DNA of 64,000 bases from NCBI GenBank assembly GCA_016278725.1, contig JADQBG010000011.1:6189-70188 (forward strand). The letters run 5' to 3'. Source of the stretch: Actinomycetota bacterium (GTDB lineage: Bacteria > Actinomycetota > Thermoleophilia > RBG-16-64-13). The notes under the pieces were generated by a model. The model saw nothing but the letters and a program-made list of their open reading frames with translations. It was not told the origin of the DNA and did not search any database. Position numbers and translations under genes: made by a program. Positions within the stretch are counted from its first letter, which is position 1; the number at the start of each line of letters is the position of its first letter. Shown here in pieces: positions 63,464 through 64,000 of this stretch.

Positions 63464-64000
63464 CTAGCTGTCGCCGCCAGGGGAAGGCAGATCGCCGCCC
63501 GGGGAAGACAGAGCGCCGCCCGGCGGAGAGCCAATGGACTGCCACAGCGCGACGAGTGCCCTCACCGCGTCGCCGCGATGGGAGATTGCATCCTTTTCGT
63601 CCGGACCGCCTTCGGCGAGAGTGCGCTCCCAACCGGCCGGCCGGAAGACCGGATCGTACCCGAAACCGGTCTCCCCTCGGGGCTCCAGGGTGATGGTGCC
63701 TTCGAGCGTGCCTCTGGCCTCGAGCAATCCCGTTCCGGCAAGTCGAGCAAGTTCGGGTGGAAGGAGCAAGGCAAGCGCACAGACGAAGCGTCCGCGGCGG
63801 TCGCTCCGGCCGGACAGCTCCTCGAGCAGCCGAAGGACGTTCTCCCGATCGCCGGCATCCTCTCCGGCGTAGCGCGCGGACCTCACCCCCGGCTCGCCAC
63901 CGAGAGCATCGACTTCGAGCCCGGAATCGTCGGCCAACACGGCCACCTGGCCTCCGACCTCGGCGAAGCCAGCGCCGGCCTTGAGCAAGGCATTCTCGGC
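63464..64000 (-). CDS. rdgB: Non-canonical purine NTP pyrophosphatase (partial; starts outside the window)
   Basis: ADDSGLEVDALGGEPGVRSARY, GFGYDPVF, ISHRG. Confidence 0.93.
   Translation of the reverse strand, partial: AENALLKAGAGFAEVGGQVAVLADDSGLEVDALGGEPGVRSARYAGEDAGDRENVLRLLEELSGRSDRRGRFVCALALLLPPELARLAGTGLLEARGTLEGTITLEPRGETGFGYDPVFRPAGWERTLAEGGPDEKDAISHRGDAVRALVALWQSIGSPPGGALSSPGGDLPSPGGDS

Overview
GC-rich bacterial chromosome segment. The GAAC-N4-GTTC LexA boxes point to a Gram-positive/Actinomycetota-like anaerobe (inference). There are three zones. (1) 1-21.1 kb is an accessory defence island at the 3' end of a tRNA-Ile(CAT) gene. Its minus-strand gene run is: DEAD-box helicase/DUF1998/nuclease fusion, SNF2 helicase, [a cluster of toxin-antitoxin genes and orphan antitoxins], Eco57I-like N6-adenine methyltransferase, DUF3644-like HEPN protein, a 1177-aa helical protein with a putative HEPN-like N-terminus, and a membrane-tailed GTPase missed by the ORF track. 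This looks like a non-canonical DISARM-related system and is the best candidate here for an undescribed system. (2) 21-32 kb is housekeeping: metY-metX-metW, nadE, GDP-mannose genes, a PQQ-type dehydrogenase lipoprotein, lexA and three tRNAs. (3) 32-60 kb is a co-directional Wood-Ljungdahl supercluster: fhs-acsV-cooC-fchA-folD-acsD-cooS-acsB-acsC-metV-metF-lpdA-lipA-acsE, then a NuoE/NuoF-like module, a selenocysteine formate dehydrogenase (in-frame UGA plus SECIS; split into two ORFs by the track), and hemE-hemH-hemG-hemG. larC, an XRE regulator, a CPBP protease, a zinicin-like protein and partial rdgB close the window. All family calls come from motif recognition by eye; no searches were run.
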